NCBI RefSeq assembly: GCF_006345805.1
Contig: NC_043011.1
Span: 56,246,464 to 56,310,463, forward strand
Direction: 5' to 3'
Length of the DNA: 64,000 nt
Source: Octopus sinensis
Lineage: Eukaryota
Each line of letters starts with the position of its first letter. The stretch's first letter is position 1. This document shows positions 62,252-64,000 of this stretch, piece by piece. The notes under the pieces were generated by a model. It made no database searches. It worked only from the letters and a program-made list of their open reading frames with translations, and had not been told where the DNA came from. The position numbers were made by a program, and so were the translations under genes.

Positions 62252-62427
62252 CTTGCAATTCCGAATTCCTTGTTCGATCTTGTTGTAGAGCTGGTCACCA
62301 CCACCCATCTGGCCAATGTCCATCCAACAAGAGATCCCAGCTCTTTCCAGCCTGTCCCACAGAGCCTTCACTGCATCTTGACTGTCCCACTGGTAACTGA
62401 TGAACACTTGTGGGCAGTGGGATTGTT
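62252..62427 (-). CDS. Death + TIR_2 protein, TIR N-terminal half
   Basis: QSHCPQVFISYQWDSQDAVKALWDRLERAGISCWMDIGQMGGGDQLYNKIEQGIRNCK: VFISY box 1 and WMD..QMGGGD of TIR_2; ttccag / gtgaga. Confidence 0.93.
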
Positions 62428-62557
62428 CTGGAAAAGCAAAACACACATGCTATTGTAAATTATCTAAACGATAGCAATTAGTAATCACTAATATAATTAC
62501 AATATTTTTTAGACAATTAACCTCATCAGAAAGGAGAGGGTTAGAGAAGAACAGTAA

Positions 62558-62605
<48 letters not shown>

Positions 62606-62840
62606 GCTACTACTACTACTACTGCTGCTTCCAAAGTATACACAGAGCCTAATCAAATAAATGCTTTTAGTCTAAAAGTCCTGACATGATTTTGCTAATC
62701 TGCTACTTTGAAAGATTTAATTAAATATATTAATATCACGTTATTAAAACAATACCTTTATTTATTTACATTTTATCTACTTATTTTTTAAAATTTTATC
62801 TATTCTATTTTTTTGTTTGTTTGTTTGTTTGTTTACTTAC

Positions 62841-63014
62841 CTCTGCTCTGTTTCAGAAGATCTATGATGTCATACCTGGACATTTTCTCCAAGAAGGTGT
62901 GCAATACATCCACAGACACCTGTGTGTTGCCGCTGCCAAGAATCCAGTCAGTGAGCAGAGCAAGTGATGGATTTAAATCATTATTAAATTTATCGATTTT
63001 CGGTTTCTTATAAC
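62841..63014 (-). CDS. Death-domain + TIR_2 protein, Death-domain exon (gene starts beyond window)
   Basis: GYKKPKIDKFNNDLNPSLALLTDWILGSGNTQVSVDVLHTFLEKMSRYDIIDLLKQSR fits Death-fold helices 3-6 (LL.DW...TV..L...L..M.R.D..DLL); gtaagt donor; alternative acceptor at 63039 possible. Confidence 0.8.
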
Positions 63015-63084
63015 CTGAATTGACAACAAATTTAGGAGGCTGTGAATTTAACAGCATTTTTTTTTTACACTTAACATAAAATGT

Positions 63085-63935
63085 TCAATTACAATATTAA
63101 TTATATAATACTAATTACATAATACAGGGTGACAGCACTAATCAGTAACAGGCACAAATACAAACTCGATACCAATTCAAACATGCTTGAGAAATATTTA
63201 AACCCATAAAAACAGCATTCACTGTTAGAAAATTACTATTTGTAAATCTCACAATGAGAGATATTCAGCAACAGTACTTTGTAGTAAAGATTGTTTGCCA
63301 ACATAACATGGCAGTCCTGGTTTAGGACGAATGTTGCTGTAATTTAGCCCCAGGAGACATCGTCTCCAGCTGGCTATGACACGATCTGTGTCCTTATATT
63401 TTCGAACAAGGCAAACAATCTTTACTCCAAAGTACTGTTGCTGAATATCTCTCGTTGTGAGATTTAAAAATAGTAATTTTCTAATTTATAAATCAGTGTC
63501 ACTGAAAACTATATATTTCGAACGGGAATTTGGCAGCACCACCTCTAGCCGAACAATTATTCTGTGTTGATGAAGGGAAATAACCTGGAAATCATGATAC
63601 ACAGATATTGTTTTGAGCTGAGTGGGAATGCTAGATTCCCTTGTTCAAAAATATAAGGACACCGATCGTGTCGTATAGCCAGCTGGAGACGATGTCTCCT
63701 GGGGCTAAATTACAGCAACATTCGTCCTAAACCAGGACTGCCATGTTATGTTGGCAAACATTCTTTACAACTTTCACTGTATTTTGTAATGGAGAAAATT
63801 TCTCCATAACAAAATACGGTCAATGGCTTTTTTCATGGTTCAAATATTCCTCAAGCCTATTTGAATTGGTAACGAGTTTGTATTTATACTCATTATGTAA
63901 TGTCGTTATATAATTTAAATTTGTAATTATATGTT
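63085..63935. mobile_element. Nested foldback (MITE-like) element
   Basis: Outer arms about 63085-63224 / 63816-63935; A 63225-63299 / A' 63410-63484; B 63284-63410 / B' 63639-63768; small hairpin 63780-63816. Confidence 0.85.
63552..63612 (+). ncRNA. Type I hammerhead ribozyme-like motif, extended (C3 to U)
   Basis: Stem I AACAAT-TAT-TCTGTG / CACAGA-T-ATTGTT; core TTGATGA and GAAA; stem II GGG/CCT with AAATAA loop; palindromic stem III ATCATGAT; AUA triplet. Confidence 0.65.
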
Positions 63936-64000
63936 TCAAAACAAGTGAAAAGGTAGGAGAGATAACAAACATGTGGAACAGTGAGGCAGTGAACATGTGG

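Overview
AT-rich, microsatellite- and retroposon-dense animal DNA. The repeat families look like those of Octopus or another coleoid cephalopod (inference from the repeats, not a database result). Two partial spliced genes converge. (1) On the + strand, 11 exons (66-17513; 775 codons plus stop, all GT-AG and in phase) encode the C-terminal part of a SECIS-binding protein 2 / SECISBP2L-type protein, with the SID motif, the L7Ae domain and a long acidic Ser/Thr tail. A repeat-poor stretch of about 6 kb follows and may be its 3' UTR. (2) On the - strand, the last 4 exons (63014-48408) encode a Death-domain + TIR_2 protein that keeps the TIR catalytic-position Glu and ends in a CaaX box (CNVL-stop). 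The remainder is decayed LINEs (RTE, CR1-like, R4/Dong-like, CRE-like), Penelope-like fragments, several tRNA-derived SINE families, two MITEs with 8-bp TSDs, a probable Merlin transposase relic and several foldbacks. The most striking non-coding signal is six hammerhead-ribozyme-like motifs. Two of them (45578-45650 and 63552-63612) are extended type I folds that share an unusual extra A/purine mismatch at the base of helix II. All structures were folded and aligned by eye, and repeat boundaries are approximate.
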